This document shows, in pieces, positions 25,294-37,793 of a stretch of 64,000 nt of DNA. Both the position numbers and the translations under genes were made by a program. A model generated the notes under the pieces. It was not told the DNA's origin. It made no database searches and saw only the letters and a list, made by a program, of their open reading frames with translations. Position 1 is the first letter of the stretch. Every line of letters starts with the position of its first letter. The stretch covers positions 54,882,464 through 54,946,463 of the forward strand of contig NC_043011.1 in the NCBI RefSeq assembly GCF_006345805.1. Reading direction: 5' to 3'. Origin of the DNA: Octopus sinensis. Taxonomy: Eukaryota.

Positions 25294-25347
25294 TTCTCTG
25301 ATTCAAAACTGACAGTGGTTGCTCCCAAATCTCCCAAAACCAGCTGA
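25294..25347 (+). CDS. RBM48: RBM48 probable last coding exon (FSDSKLTVVAPKSPKTS*); exon runs on to a donor after 25381
   Basis: TTATCTTTTGCAG acceptor, phase 0 as required, TGA at 25345-25347, then CAG|GTGAGT; no homology support. Confidence 0.55.
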   Translation, partial: FSDSKLTVVAPKSPKTS

Positions 25348-25649
25348 AGATGGAAACTACTTTGCTGCAAGTGAATTTCAGGTGAGTTTTTGCAAGATGT
25401 TGGTTTGTGGGACCAAGTTTTGTTATAACCAGAAAATAATGGAGTGAGTTCGAACTGTATGTCTTCTGTGCTGAGTTCTATGATTATTATTGGTCTACTT
25501 GATGGGGGTTGATTAAGGATTGTAAAAGCCAGACCTAATGCAGTGTTATAGGCAGAACAGGAACCACTGACCCCTTGGCTGGATGCCTTATGCCCTCTCC
25601 ATTAGGCCTCAAAAAAACAAAACATGGTACTAGACTTCTGATGATTTAT

Positions 25650-25990
25650 TTTCCAACATAGTCCCCCCTCGATGGCTGAACACTTTCTCCAGCAGTGCTA
25701 AAGTGCCATTATCCCAGCTTAGAAGAATTCTTTTGTTTGAGACTCCAAGAAACTTCCTACAGCGTCTATGATGTCATTGTCACTGGCAAAATGGTGACCA
25801 GCCAGGGCTCTTTTCATTTTGGGAGAAAGATGAAAGTCAGAGGGGGCTAAGTCTGGTGAATAAGGCGGATGGGGAACAAGTTCGTATCCACAATCACGAA
25901 TTGTTGCCATGGCAACCACTGAGGTGTGGGCTGGGGCATTGTCATAATGAAAAAGGACTCCTCTGGTGAGCATTCCCGGGTTTGTTGCAT
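25650..25990 (-). pseudogene. Mariner (DD34D) transposase C-terminal relic
   Basis: VLFHYDNAPAHTS..HPPYSPDLAPSDFHL..EFF, then stop codons. Confidence 0.9.
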
Positions 25991-26409
25991 TCGTTGAAGC
26001 AAGATTGGATGTCATGTTATGTTGGACATTTGTAGAATAACCAAGCCTACTAGTGTTAAGTGATTGACAAATTATCTTGTGGAAATATCATGTGTATGGG
26101 GTTTTTTTTATCCTTTCACTGCAAAATTAAATTTCATGGTTATTCCAGTAATGATCTTAAATATCTACCAAAAAAACAGAATTTGGTATTTTCTGCAAGT
26201 CATGCTGCCTCAATAAACTTGACAAATTTCAGTAGAAAATAGTTTCAAATGTGACATTCCGCAGCAAAAGATAGACTGACATATAAAACTACTTTCTACA
26301 GTTAAGGGTAATTAAATCTTGAGTGGGTACGTCCCTACCTTTTGTTGTAAAAAGGCTAAAACAGCTTGCCATCACTATCATCATCATCATCATCATCATT
26401 GTTGTTGAA

Positions 26410-26820
26410 CAGGAATTGTGCCAAATTTCGGCATTGAAAGCTACACCAATGCCAGAACGGGATGATACTGCATAGTTCCAAAGATCCCAGCAACGCCATC
26501 GCGCTTCAGGACCAGTTACTGCAACAGGCTGGGTTTCAGGGGCCCACAGCTTTTTAATATTCTCCCAAAGAGCCTGAGGAACCTGCACAAAGTAGATGTA
26601 GGGGTTTTTAAATCAAAGCTGGACCTCTTCCAGTCGAGAGTCCCAGATGAATCTACCTCGTGGCAGGAGGTGCAAATGAAGGTAGCTACATCAAACTCCA
26701 TTCTTCACCAAATGCCACATATTAGAGGAGGCTCTTAGTAATAACAGTGTAGCACAAAACGGCAGTGCAGCAGCATGGCCACAGCTCTGAGCTGAGACTA
26801 GAGAGAGAATAAAAAAAGAT
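26410..26820 (+). mobile_element. CR1/L2-like LINE 3' end
   Basis: GPQLFNILPKSLRNL..FKSKLDLFQSRVPDES..SNSILHQ; tail CAGCATGGCCACAGCTCTGAGCTGAGAC. Confidence 0.7.
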
Positions 26821-27475
26821 CCCTTTTCCCATGCTTGTATGGGTTGGACAGTCCATCAGGAATGACATCCCAGAGGACTGTGCCAAGCCTCAATGTCTGC
26901 TTTGGTATGATTTCTGTGGCTGGATGCCTCTCTGCCACTCCTAATGCCCACCACTTAAGGGAGTGTACTGGATACTGTTTTCGTGGCACTGACACTAGTG
27001 AGGTCATTGAGTAACTCACAAAACAAGACCCCACTTAATTGTGTTCGTGTAGTATTGAATGAGGTGAAAGTATGATAGAGGGGTAGGAACAAGTGCCTTG
27101 CTGCAAAGGAGAATACATGCAATCATAATTGTTTATTATTTGGATTCAGTTGTGTGTGTGTGTGTAAAGATGCTGTATGTCAGTAAGACAGGTACTTGTA
27201 TAATTATGTTAGCTCTCCAAGGTGGGTGGCCTGACAGAATTGTAGCATGTTGGGCAGAATTCTGTTGAGGTTGACATTGCCTTTCTGCCTTTCAGAGGCA
27301 ATAAAATAAGTACCAGTTAAGATCTGGGGGCCAATGTAATCAGTTTGTCCCCTTCCCATCAAATTTACTGGACTTATATTAAACATTAGAAAGAATAAAT
27401 GTGAATTGAAAAATTTTTATTTCTAAATCTCTGAACGAGAAACAGTCAATAACAGTTCTCTAAAGTAAAGATTAT

Positions 27476-27622
27476 TTGCCAACATAATGTGGCAGTCCTG
27501 ATTAGGACGAATGTTACTGTTATTTAGCCCCAGGAAACATCGTCTCCAGCTGGCTATCGACGTCCTTATATTTTTGAACAGTAATATTCGTCCTAACCAG
27601 GGCTGCCACATTATGTTGACAA
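27476..27622. mobile_element. Short foldback MITE with about 46-bp inverted arms
   Basis: CAACATAATGTGGCAGTCCTGATTAGGACGAATGTTACTGTT versus AACAGTAATATTCGTCCTAACCAGGGCTGCCACATTATGTTG. Confidence 0.8.
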
Positions 27623-27690
27623 TAAATATATTTGTTCTGATAATGAAGTTTTTTCATGTATCAATAATGGAGTTGTTTTATCTTTTTCAG

Positions 27691-27771
27691 CTAATTGTAA
27701 CATGCGAGCAGTTTCCCAGCCAGAAACTTTCAACTGGACCCCAGAATAAACCTGAAGGTTTGTCTATGTGA
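27691..27771 (+). other. RBM48: Candidate RBM48 terminal exon (3' UTR, or alternative C-terminus LIVTCEQFPSQKLSTGPQNKPEGLSM*)
   Basis: Strong acceptor GTTTTATCTTTTTCAG ending at 27690; open in phase 0 to TGA at 27769-27771. Confidence 0.4.
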
Positions 27772-29079
27772 AAGAAGAGAACCCTTTTGAAAGTGCAGCA
27801 TCAGCTCCTACCAGATTACAGGAACCTTTGTAAAAGGTGCAAATTACAACATTTCTGTTGTTGGGGGATTTCTGCATCTTTTGTGAAGGGCATCATTGAA
27901 GAACATCCTTGTAGGGGTTCTGCATTTCTTTGAAGTGTACAGTATTCTTTGTGAGGGTCCTGCTCCTTATAGTGGGAGTGGTGGTGTGTAAATTGGTTGA
28001 GCATCAGATAAAATGCCTTGTGTTATTTGTTCCAGCTCTCTGTGCTCTGAGTTCAAATCCTGCCAAGGTACCTTTACCTTTGATCCACTTAGGGGTGGCA
28101 GTAGAGGGTATGGGGTGGGGGTCAATAAATAAAGAACCAGTCCTGCACTGGGGGTCAATTTTTCTTCTGGGTCTTTCTTTCTTTCTCTCTCTTTTTTCTT
28201 TTTTTTTTACCATTTCCTTCCTGGAATAACTTTGACCACTGCTGTATTTCTCATCAGAGCATCTCTGGCTCCATCAGGATTTGTGAACCCAAGATGAGGC
28301 AAGTCAAGCTCTTTGTGAGAAAAAATACAGAATTTTAGATTGTTTCCGTCTAAACCTGCTGTCTGGTTTAACACTACTGCCACCATCATCATCATCATCA
28401 CCATTACCAGCATCACTACCACTATGATTATCACCTCTACCACCACCATCACGTTCTCCATCTTGTCCTTGGATACCTTCATTAGGGAGAACTCTGTCAC
28501 AAGAATGCTGACAACACTCCCAAGTTTCCATCCCACCCATGCATTTCTTGCAGATGTTTAGGCTGCGAATTGGTACCGAGTAGATTCGTCTACTACTTTT
28601 AGTGCAGTCATAGCTATGTGGTGAAGTTTTCTGTGCAACACTGTGGTTCTGGGTTCACTCCCAATATGTAGAACTTCCAGCAATTTGCTCGACTAAAGGC
28701 AGTGCTCCAGTATGGCCACACTGAAATGACTGAAACAAGTAAAAGAGAGGAAAAGGGTAAATAGTGACAAAAGTACGTTAACTATATAAATATCTTTTAG
28801 AGTTACTTCCCTTGCATCATATAATAAGGCCGTGACACTTTAAAACTTAAGTAATAGACGTGTTCATTATTTGCTTGTGTTTTAACAAATGAGCATTGAC
28901 TAGCTTATAATTTACGTTTAATTACACCCCACAACTATATAAAGTAATGACATTATCTAGTTCTACCCTTTGAACTGAATCAGTTTTTTTTTGTTTTAGA
29001 TAGTATATATGCGTGTGTGGGTATACAAACGTATATATATATGTATGTATATATTTATATATGTATATAAAATTAAATA

Positions 29080-29450
29080 CAAAATGGGACAAGAACGCAA
29101 AACATCCGGACAACTAGGTGATACAGAAACCAAAAAAACAAGGAAGGGTCGTTTGAAGCCTTTTATCTTCAGTCAAGAACCAGATCATCCTCGCAATTTC
29201 AGCTGTTTAATCTTGAGATTACTCCAATCTGGCCAACCCAAAGGAAAACCTAAGCTAAGAGCATTAGATTCCTTGGAAAAAAGCATCGAATGTATATGAA
29301 ACAAGGACGGAAAAACAGACGATTTTACACGAATATAAATACAAAAATATATATATAAAGTTAATCCAAACATGAAAACACACAACGCGAGGACGTGGAA
29401 CAAATATAGTGTTATTGGACGCTCAGGAAAGGAAAGAAAGAAGGACATAT
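29080..29450 (-). mobile_element. Penelope-like fragments between TA-rich microsatellites
   Basis: Reverse complement of 29360-29448 resembles 53305-53380, the sequence just downstream of a hammerhead-like motif. Confidence 0.45.
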
Positions 29451-29760
29451 ATGTATGTCTCTTTCTTTCCTTTTATTATTAAAATAAAATAAAATTATTC
29501 AATTAAATAATTATTAATTATTTATTAAATTAATTAAATACATTCAGTTAAATAAATACATAAATAAATCAAAATAGATTCCCATATGTACTCATTATCA
29601 TAAGTGCATGGAGATATGTCATAACAGAATTGTGTGAAAGCCTAGAAATGCTGGGACATTCCCAGAAAGAAGAGGCAAACTAACTCGCATCTTCTAAATC
29701 CAGCTGAACAATGGTACAATGACAAATCGCCTTCAATGGACATATATACGCAGCCATAAG

Positions 29761-29991
29761 GCGGCGAGCTTGTAGAGTCGTTAGCACGCCAGGCGAAATG
29801 CATAGCCGTATTTCGTCTGCCGTTACGTTCTGAGTTCAAATTCTGCCAAGGTCGACTTTGCCTTTCATCCTTTCAGGGTCAATAAATTAAGTACCAGTTA
29901 CGCACTGGGGTCGATGTAATTGACTTAATCCGTTTGTCTGTCCTTGTTTGTCTCCTCTCTGTGTTTAGCCCCTCATGGGTAGTAAAGAAAA
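29761..29991 (+). mobile_element. SINE group A
   Basis: Full consensus; ATATACRCAGCCA flanking repeat. Confidence 0.85.
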
Positions 29992-30772
29992 ATATACACA
30001 GCCACCTTACATGTGCAGTTACTATGCACACATATATGCATGTGGTATGGACATGCAAAAAATAATCACTCATATTCTGTTACTAAAGAAACACGAATAC
30101 CCATTAAATGAATGCAAATATCTTTGTATATATATGTCAAAATATATAAGTGTAAACATCTGCATATAAGCACACATTAACTCGCTTACCCACTCCCAGA
30201 TCTCAGGAACTCTTTCACTTGAACAGTGAAGCATTGTCACTTTGTTATTGTGACTTGCTTCAAATCTGTGAGGAACATGCATACATACATACATAATACG
30301 TGGATGCGTGTGTGTGTGTGTGTAAATGTATCATCATCATCATCATCATCATCGTTTAACGTCCGTTCTCCATGCTAGCACCAGGCTCCAGTCTTATCTG
30401 GCAATGTTTCTACAGCTGGATGCCCTTCCTAACGCCAACCACTCCGTGAGTGTAGTGGGTGCTTTTTGCGTGCAACTGGCACAGGTGCCAGGGGAGGCTG
30501 GCAACGGCCACGATCGACTGGTGCTTTTTATGTGCCACTGGCACGGAAGCCAGTCAAGGTGGCGCTGGCATCGACCAAGTACAGATGGTGCTTTTTACAT
30601 GCCACCAGCACAGGTGTCAGCAGAGGCTGGCAACAGTCACGATCGGTTGGTGGTTTTTACGAACCATGTATGTATGTATATATATATATATATGTGTGTG
30701 TGTGTGGAGAGAGAGAGAGAAAATTAAATAGGTATATACAATTGACAATCCAATAATTTATTTATATTATAA

Positions 30773-31153
30773 CTAGCAGTATCGCCCGGCGTTGCTCGGG
30801 TTTGTAAGGGAAATAACTATAAAGCATTTTTAGAGTTATAGCAAAAAAATGCAATAAAAATGGAAAAAATATGATGGTAAATTTTTTTTTAAATCGTTGA
30901 CTCATCGTAGACATTCTTAGAGAGTTACTTCCCTTATATTTAAAAAATATGCATTAAAATGGAAAAAAATTATGGTAAATTATTTTTAAAATCGTAGACT
31001 CATCGTAGACGCGCGCTAATACCCAGAAGGGCTCAATATGTATCACAACTATAAGATACCCGGTTTTGGTTAAACTGCACCGCAAAATGTGGGAGTAGTT
31101 AGGAATCTAAATCGGAGTAGACAGACACACAACCTTACTTTTATATATAAAGA
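30773..31153 (-). mobile_element. Non-autonomous Helitron
   Basis: Minus strand A|TCTTTATATATAAAAGTAAGG..CCCGAGCAACGCCGGGCGATACTGCTAG|T: 5' TC, subterminal hairpin, 3' CTAG, AT target. Confidence 0.8.
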
Positions 31154-31189
31154 TATAACATAATATAGTATGAATATAATGTAACATAA

Positions 31190-31450
31190 TCTCTATATAT
31201 ATAAAACTGAGAATGTGTGTCTGTCTGTCTGTCTGTGTGTTTCCCTAAAACTTGAGAACTACACAACCAATATCATTCAAATTTTACACATGCCCTACTT
31301 AGGGTCCATGTAGTTTCATGGGCAAAAAAAATGTTCAACTTCTTGCCTAGGGCAAGCCAATAGCAATATCATATCTTCTCCACTATTTCAGTATTACGTG
31401 TTAAAAGTGAAACAAAAATATTTCTCTATTTTTCTTTCATTTTAACAATA
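31190..31450 (+). mobile_element. 5' end of a second Helitron-type element, head-to-head with the previous one
   Basis: A|TCTCTATATATATAAAACTGAGAATGTGTGTCTGTCTG start resembles the other Helitron 5' ends. Confidence 0.55.
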
Positions 31451-32594
31451 AAAATTAGAGATAATAATAACAATTGAATTATATGTAGTAAGTAATAATC
31501 AAAATCAAACTAAAGTATAAGATAATCGTAACATAACAAAAGTAAAAATAGCAATTGGTATAAAATTGCATCAATGACTTCAACTTGAATAAGTGGTTTC
31601 ACATGAATGGGAATAAATTAAAAATAAAATTTAAGTGCAGAAATGGAATAGTCCAGATGGAGTTGTGCACATACCATTTACCATGGCTTTTTCATTAGAT
31701 TATCTGCTAATTAGCTAGCATTAAGTATCTATATGAAGTTTGGCTGTATGTAATGTCTGTTTTCTCGAACAGCCGCTTCTACTGAGTACTGCTGTTGGTT
31801 TATTTCTTATACATAAAGGACTATAGCTTCAACTGCGTACTGCTTTTTGATTCACCGTAAGGTTTGTTGTTATTATTATTACTGTTTAACTATTGTTATC
31901 ACGTTTGTTGGTTCCTCGTAAGGGAAACGTTGTTGTGTTGCATTTGTTAAATAATTGTAAACTGTAACCCTCCCCCCTTTGGGAGAAGGAGCTTTGGTTA
32001 TTGTTTAAAAAATGAATTGTGTCCCTGTTTGGGGAAATTGACAATATTTTCACCGTTTATATGCAAGAATTTTTGTTAGAATGCCTTCGATAGAAGAAAG
32101 TCCAAAAATGAATTTCGCTGCAGCCGTCGGCGGGTGCGAACTCATTAAAATTAAAATGGAAGAAATACAAACCTATTTCGGATTGATCACCGACAAAGAC
32201 GGTGAATCTGGGATAACACCACCAAACGAAATAAAAAATTAAATTAAAGAAAAGACTATTGTCTATAAAGTATACAATGTAGAGAAAAAAAAAAAGATTT
32301 GAATACCTGGAGGAAAGCACCATTGAAAAGTGTCTTGGTGCGACTATGAAAGATATCTAACCAGAGGCGGTAAATTCACCACAATAGAAGCAAGGTTCGA
32401 GTCAACAAATATCTCTATTATATGTAATTTTCTAGATGGTGTAATTTAATTGTTTATTTTGAATTGATAAAAGGTGTTTTTTTCTAATTTTTATATATAT
32501 ATATATATATATTATATTGTGTGAAATTTGATATAGTATTTCTAAATTGAATTTTTCCCTGTAAGTTAGGATTAATATTCCCTCAAATAATAAT

Positions 32595-32642
<48 letters not shown>

Positions 32643-32819
32643 GTGTGTATGTATGTATATATTTATTTGTATACGTGTTTGTTCGTTTTACTGCTTCAGC
32701 TGACATGGACATCTCATAAAGTCCACAATTGTTTTACATACAGCCACCTCACAATTATTAATTCACACACATGTTCATGTATATACACGCATACACAAAC
32801 TTATATGCCCAAGCACACA

Positions 32820-32882
32820 CATATACTTATACATACATACATATATACATACATACATACATACATGCATGCATACATACGC

Positions 32883-32913
<31 letters not shown>

Positions 32914-32927
32914 CATGCATACATACA

Positions 32928-32959
<32 letters not shown>

Positions 32960-32998
32960 CATGCATACATACATACATGCATACATACATACATACAT

Positions 32999-33079
<81 letters not shown>

Positions 33080-33140
33080 CATGCATACATACATACATGC
33101 ATACATACATACACACATACACACATGCATATATACATGT
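32820..33140. repeat. (TACA)n compound microsatellite
   Basis: Seen directly. Confidence 0.95.
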
Positions 33141-33789
33141 ATCTGTATATGCGTTAGAGACAGTTTATTTGATTTTGTTATGGTTGTTTTCGATTTTTTT
33201 TCCATATTTTCTTTTCTTTTTTTTCTTTATCTTTTTTTGTTTCCCCAGACCTTGTCACAACGTCCGTCCATCACGTGTGAATAATACACAAACTATTGAA
33301 CAGGCATGACATTCGAAGGTCATCTCTGAATATTCCCATAACCAAAGCAAATAACCTGTTCTTGTTTGACATTCCACGAGCCACTGTGACCACCACTGTC
33401 AACACTTGAATCAACGATGGAGCGTTTTGGGGTAGTCGCTCGATCTGCTAGAAACAGCAAGATCTTCTTCAATTCACATCCTACCGTGGTTAAAGAAGGA
33501 CAGAGTTGGAATGTATTTTATCATAAGGTCGATATTTGACATTTTAGCGGGAACTTTTTTTTAAAACTTGTAACTATTTTCTTAAGCCCTTGAAAGTAAA
33601 AAAAAGGTTATTGATTTTTATGTACGGAACGTCTGAGGTTCAGAATCTGTAAGAACCATAACAGCAACAGCAACAACAAAAATTATAAGATTTCATTTAT
33701 AGACTAAAAGGACCCAAAACATTGGAAATAATATAAAAGGGACAAAGTGCAACATACAAAAGTGGGATTTAAATCAAGATATATATATA

Positions 33790-34177
33790 TATTTTTTTAC
33801 TTGTTACAGTCATTTGACTGCGGCCATGCTGGAGCACCACCTTTAGTCGAGCAACTCGACCCCGGGACTTATTCTTTGTAAGCCCAGTACTTATTCTATC
33901 GGTCTCTTTTGGCCGAACCGCTAAGTGACGGGGACATAAACACACCAGCATCGGTTGTCAAGCAATGCTAGGGAGACAAACATATACACACACATACATA
34001 TATATATATACATATATACGACAGGCTTCTTTCAGTTTCCGTCTACCAAATCTACTCACAAGGCATTGGTCGGTCCAGGGCTATAGCAGAAGACACTTGC
34101 CCAAGATGCCACGCAGTGGGACTGAACCCGGAACCACGTGGTTGGTAAGCAAGCTACTTACCACACAGCCACTCCTG
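33790..34177 (-). mobile_element. SINE group B, full length
   Basis: Near-identical to 1967-2367. Confidence 0.85.
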
Positions 34178-36814
34178 CGACTATGTCGATTTTAAAAAAA
34201 CAAATCGACCCCAATAGTTTGGATCTTTTCACTTTGACCGGCAGATTTTTAAAATAATTTCTTTGTAACTAAACACTTTTAAACTTCGTATACTGGTAGA
34301 ATGTGTTACATAAAACATCTTTTTCTCTTGGCTTTCTTGAGAAAATTCTATAGTTTGTAAGCTATTTGTTGTTTAATTTATTGCATTTCGGCAATTTCAG
34401 CCAATCAATGACGTCTATTGAGGTGAATACAATTTCTGCCATAACATGTACTATGCCAACTTGCTGAGGAAGTTACAGAAAGCTATCAAGAAAACTCACG
34501 AAAAGGGTCTTGTTTCATCAACTTTTCAGCGACACCAGATGCATTAAAAAGAATTTCTAAGACTCTTGGCTGGAGAGGAAGCTGGTGGCTAGAGGGCGTC
34601 TGAAGACATCATGAAGCTGACAGAAACAATGCCGGCAAATGTGTGTGGGGGTGAATACGTGTGTGTTAATCGCCAACACGTTTTTTTTTTTACTCATAAA
34701 ATGCTTCTTCGTTTTGCATAATTTTCAGTTGGGTGTAACACCCTTTTCTTGCAAGTACGAAACCTTATCCTCCTCTGGTGTATTATTTAAGGCCTATTTG
34801 GCTGCTATTTTTAGCACATATGACAACCTGCTCAATGACTCGAATATATTTGTTAACACGTGCTTTCTCGCAGACAAAAGCGTTCTCATGTTTGCCTTGT
34901 TACTATGGAAACAGGCATGAATGTGCTTGTGGCTTACGATCGACTAAGATTATCCAAGCTTTTCAAGCTTTACTAGCTAATAACTCTATTGGTTTATGGC
35001 AAAAATGAATTTTTCGGCATTGATTAGTATATAAAAGTATGTCATTACACTGAATATGTAATCAATTCGAACAGAAATTGAAGAGATTGAAAATTGGATC
35101 AGCCAAACAGAAAATGTCCGAAAAATAAACAAAGGTGGTGCCCCAGCATGGCCGCATCCTTTGGGCTGAAACATTTTTAAGGATTTAAAGATTTAAAGGT
35201 GGTTAGAGTTAGAATGCCTTCGTCTACAGATATTTCTTGATCAAGTCTGATTGATGTGACGTTTTAATGAGAACAATACACATTTTAACAAATTGATTTC
35301 TGATAAGTTCACGGTCACATTGTAGGTACAACTATAATCAATTACATCTGTGCCAATACTTAAAATCATTTCAAAGATTGTAAGTAGATTTCTATCGAAC
35401 GACAACATTTATCTAAATCATCATCATCATCATTTAACGTCCGTTTTCCACGCTAGCAATGGTTGACGGTTCGACCAGGGGCTGCACCAGGCTCCAGGCT
35501 GATTTGGCAGTGTTTCTACAGCTGGATGCCCTTCATAACGCCAACCACTCTGTGAGTGTAATGGGTGTTTTTTACAAGCCACCAGCACAGGGGCCAGAGC
35601 AGGATGGCAAATGGCCATGACCGGTTGGTGCTTTTACGTGTCACCAACTTGGACGCCAGTCAGGCGGCAATCACACCAATGGATACTCTTCTTTTCCTTT
35701 CTTTTTAATAGTATTTTTCTCTTTACTGTCAGTCGGTTCACATAAAGTGTCACCGTTCTTTTTTCCTTGTCTATTTTGTCTTTCTTTTTTGATGACGTGG
35801 TAAGATTTTAACTCCGAATGCACAGAGCCGAAGAGATACCACAGAGTACTCCAACCGATGCTCTAAAAATTTTATCAATCTGCATCTTTGGACTGGTACT
35901 TTTTTTTGTCGACTCCGATAGGATGAAGGGCACAGTTTACCTTGGAATTTGAACTCAGACCATGGACAGTCAGGATAAATACCACAAGGTCCTTAACTGA
36001 CACACTAGCGATTCTTCCAAATCAACGCCTTAGCAGTGGTAGCTGCTTGGTTTTCTTCTAACCTAAAGTATGTGTCAGTTGGTGCTTACTCTTCATGACT
36101 TCGAATTACAATATAATGGATTGAGTTGAGATGCAGCTGTTTGAATGCTGGCAACTTGATACGGCTAATTAGATATTGAACCTATTTTGAGCGACAGTGC
36201 TTTAATAATAATAATGAAATTATTGAATACAGTGCTCAGGTGCACCACAACTTGTCAAAAAGTGCGTATAAAGCATATGCAGTAATGTACAAATGTCTGG
36301 AAAGCGAACAGTGTATGAGTCAGATACATGCTTACGTGTGTATGGAAGGGAGAAAATCAGGTGTAGTGTTGGCAAATCTTAGGAAGCATGGAAGTTTTGA
36401 AGGATGCAGTGCTCCGACAACTAACAACTGATGCCGGCAGTCTTTGTGGCACAAGAGTCAAATGCACACACATACACATACACTCATACCACGCGCGTGT
36501 GCCTGCATACACGGAAATGTACAAATAAAAAGTGTGTGTGTGTGAGAGAGAGAGAGAGAGTGACAGACAGACAGATTACAATTTATTAATTAACATAACA
36601 TTTTCCCTCTCTTTATACACATAAAGAGAAATATGCTTACAACCATAAACAGAGAATGCGGGGAAAACAAGAGAAAAATTAAAAGAGATGATGTCAAATA
36701 AGTCAGCGTCGAATCAGCGATGCCAAAGCGACTGAGCCAAAATATCTCATACTCACAACAGAATGAGATTTATTATCTTAATGCCTTTGTCCAAAACATT
36801 AACGAGTTATGTGC

Positions 36815-37228
36815 TAAGAGTACCATACGAGTGAGATCGTTGTCAGAGCAACAAGGTGGCCTTCATGCTGATGGCACGTTAAACACACCATTCGAGCGTG
36901 ATCGTTACCGCGTCACCTTACTAGCACTTGTGCTGGTGGCACGGGAAACATTCGAGCGAGGTCGTCGCCAGTGCTGCTGGACTGGCTCCTGTGGACGTGG
37001 CACATAAAAAGCACCATTTGGGCGTGGCCGTTGCCAATACCACCAAACTGGCCCTCATGCCGGTGGCACGTAAAAGCACCCACTACACTCTCGGAGTGGT
37101 TGGCGTTAGGAAGGGCATCCAGTTGTGGAAACTGCCAGATCAGATTGGAGTCTGGTTCGCCAGACCTCAGTCAAATCGTCCAACCCATGCTAGCATGGAA
37201 AGCGGATGTTAAATGATGATGATGATGT
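36815..37228 (+). mobile_element. Group C RTE-tailed retroelement
   Basis: Modular GTGGCACG units plus conserved tail and (GAT)n. Confidence 0.8.
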
Positions 37229-37564
37229 GATATCAAATAACCAAAATCAGCAATAGAAGCTTGATGGCAGAGTCAGCTTAACCTTCATTCATGTTTTTCT
37301 CGACTATTAGCATCACTTTTTATCTTTCCATGCTTTTAAAGTTTGTATTAGTTTATTCTTCGATGGCAGAATCATTTAAAACATCGAACAAAATGTGTTA
37401 CGGTATTCAGTTAGGCCCATTACATTCTGAGTTCAACTGCTATCAAAGTTACTTCAGTTTGCATCTAGAATACTTACATGGATATAAATCAACCTGAGAC
37501 GACTATTTGAACTTCAAATAGTTATTTCTAAACAAAGAGTATTATCGAACGTCCTTATCTAGTA

Positions 37565-37793
37565 GGACGAGCTGGCAGACACGTTAGCGCGCCGGGCGAA
37601 ATGCTTAGCGGTATTTCGTCTGTCGTTGCGTTCTGAGTTCAAATTCCGCCGAGGTCAACTTTGCCTTTCATCCTTTCGGGGTCGATAAATAAAGTACCAG
37701 TTTCGCACTAGGGGCGATATGATCGACTTAATCCCTTCGTCTATCTTTGTTTGTCCCCTCTATGTTTAGCCCCTTGTGGGCAGTAAAGAAATA
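37565..37793 (+). mobile_element. SINE group A
   Basis: Full consensus. Confidence 0.85.

Noticed and set aside
34449-34520. YYANLLRKLQKAIKK mariner-like peptide
   Set aside because: Too short and decayed to call with confidence
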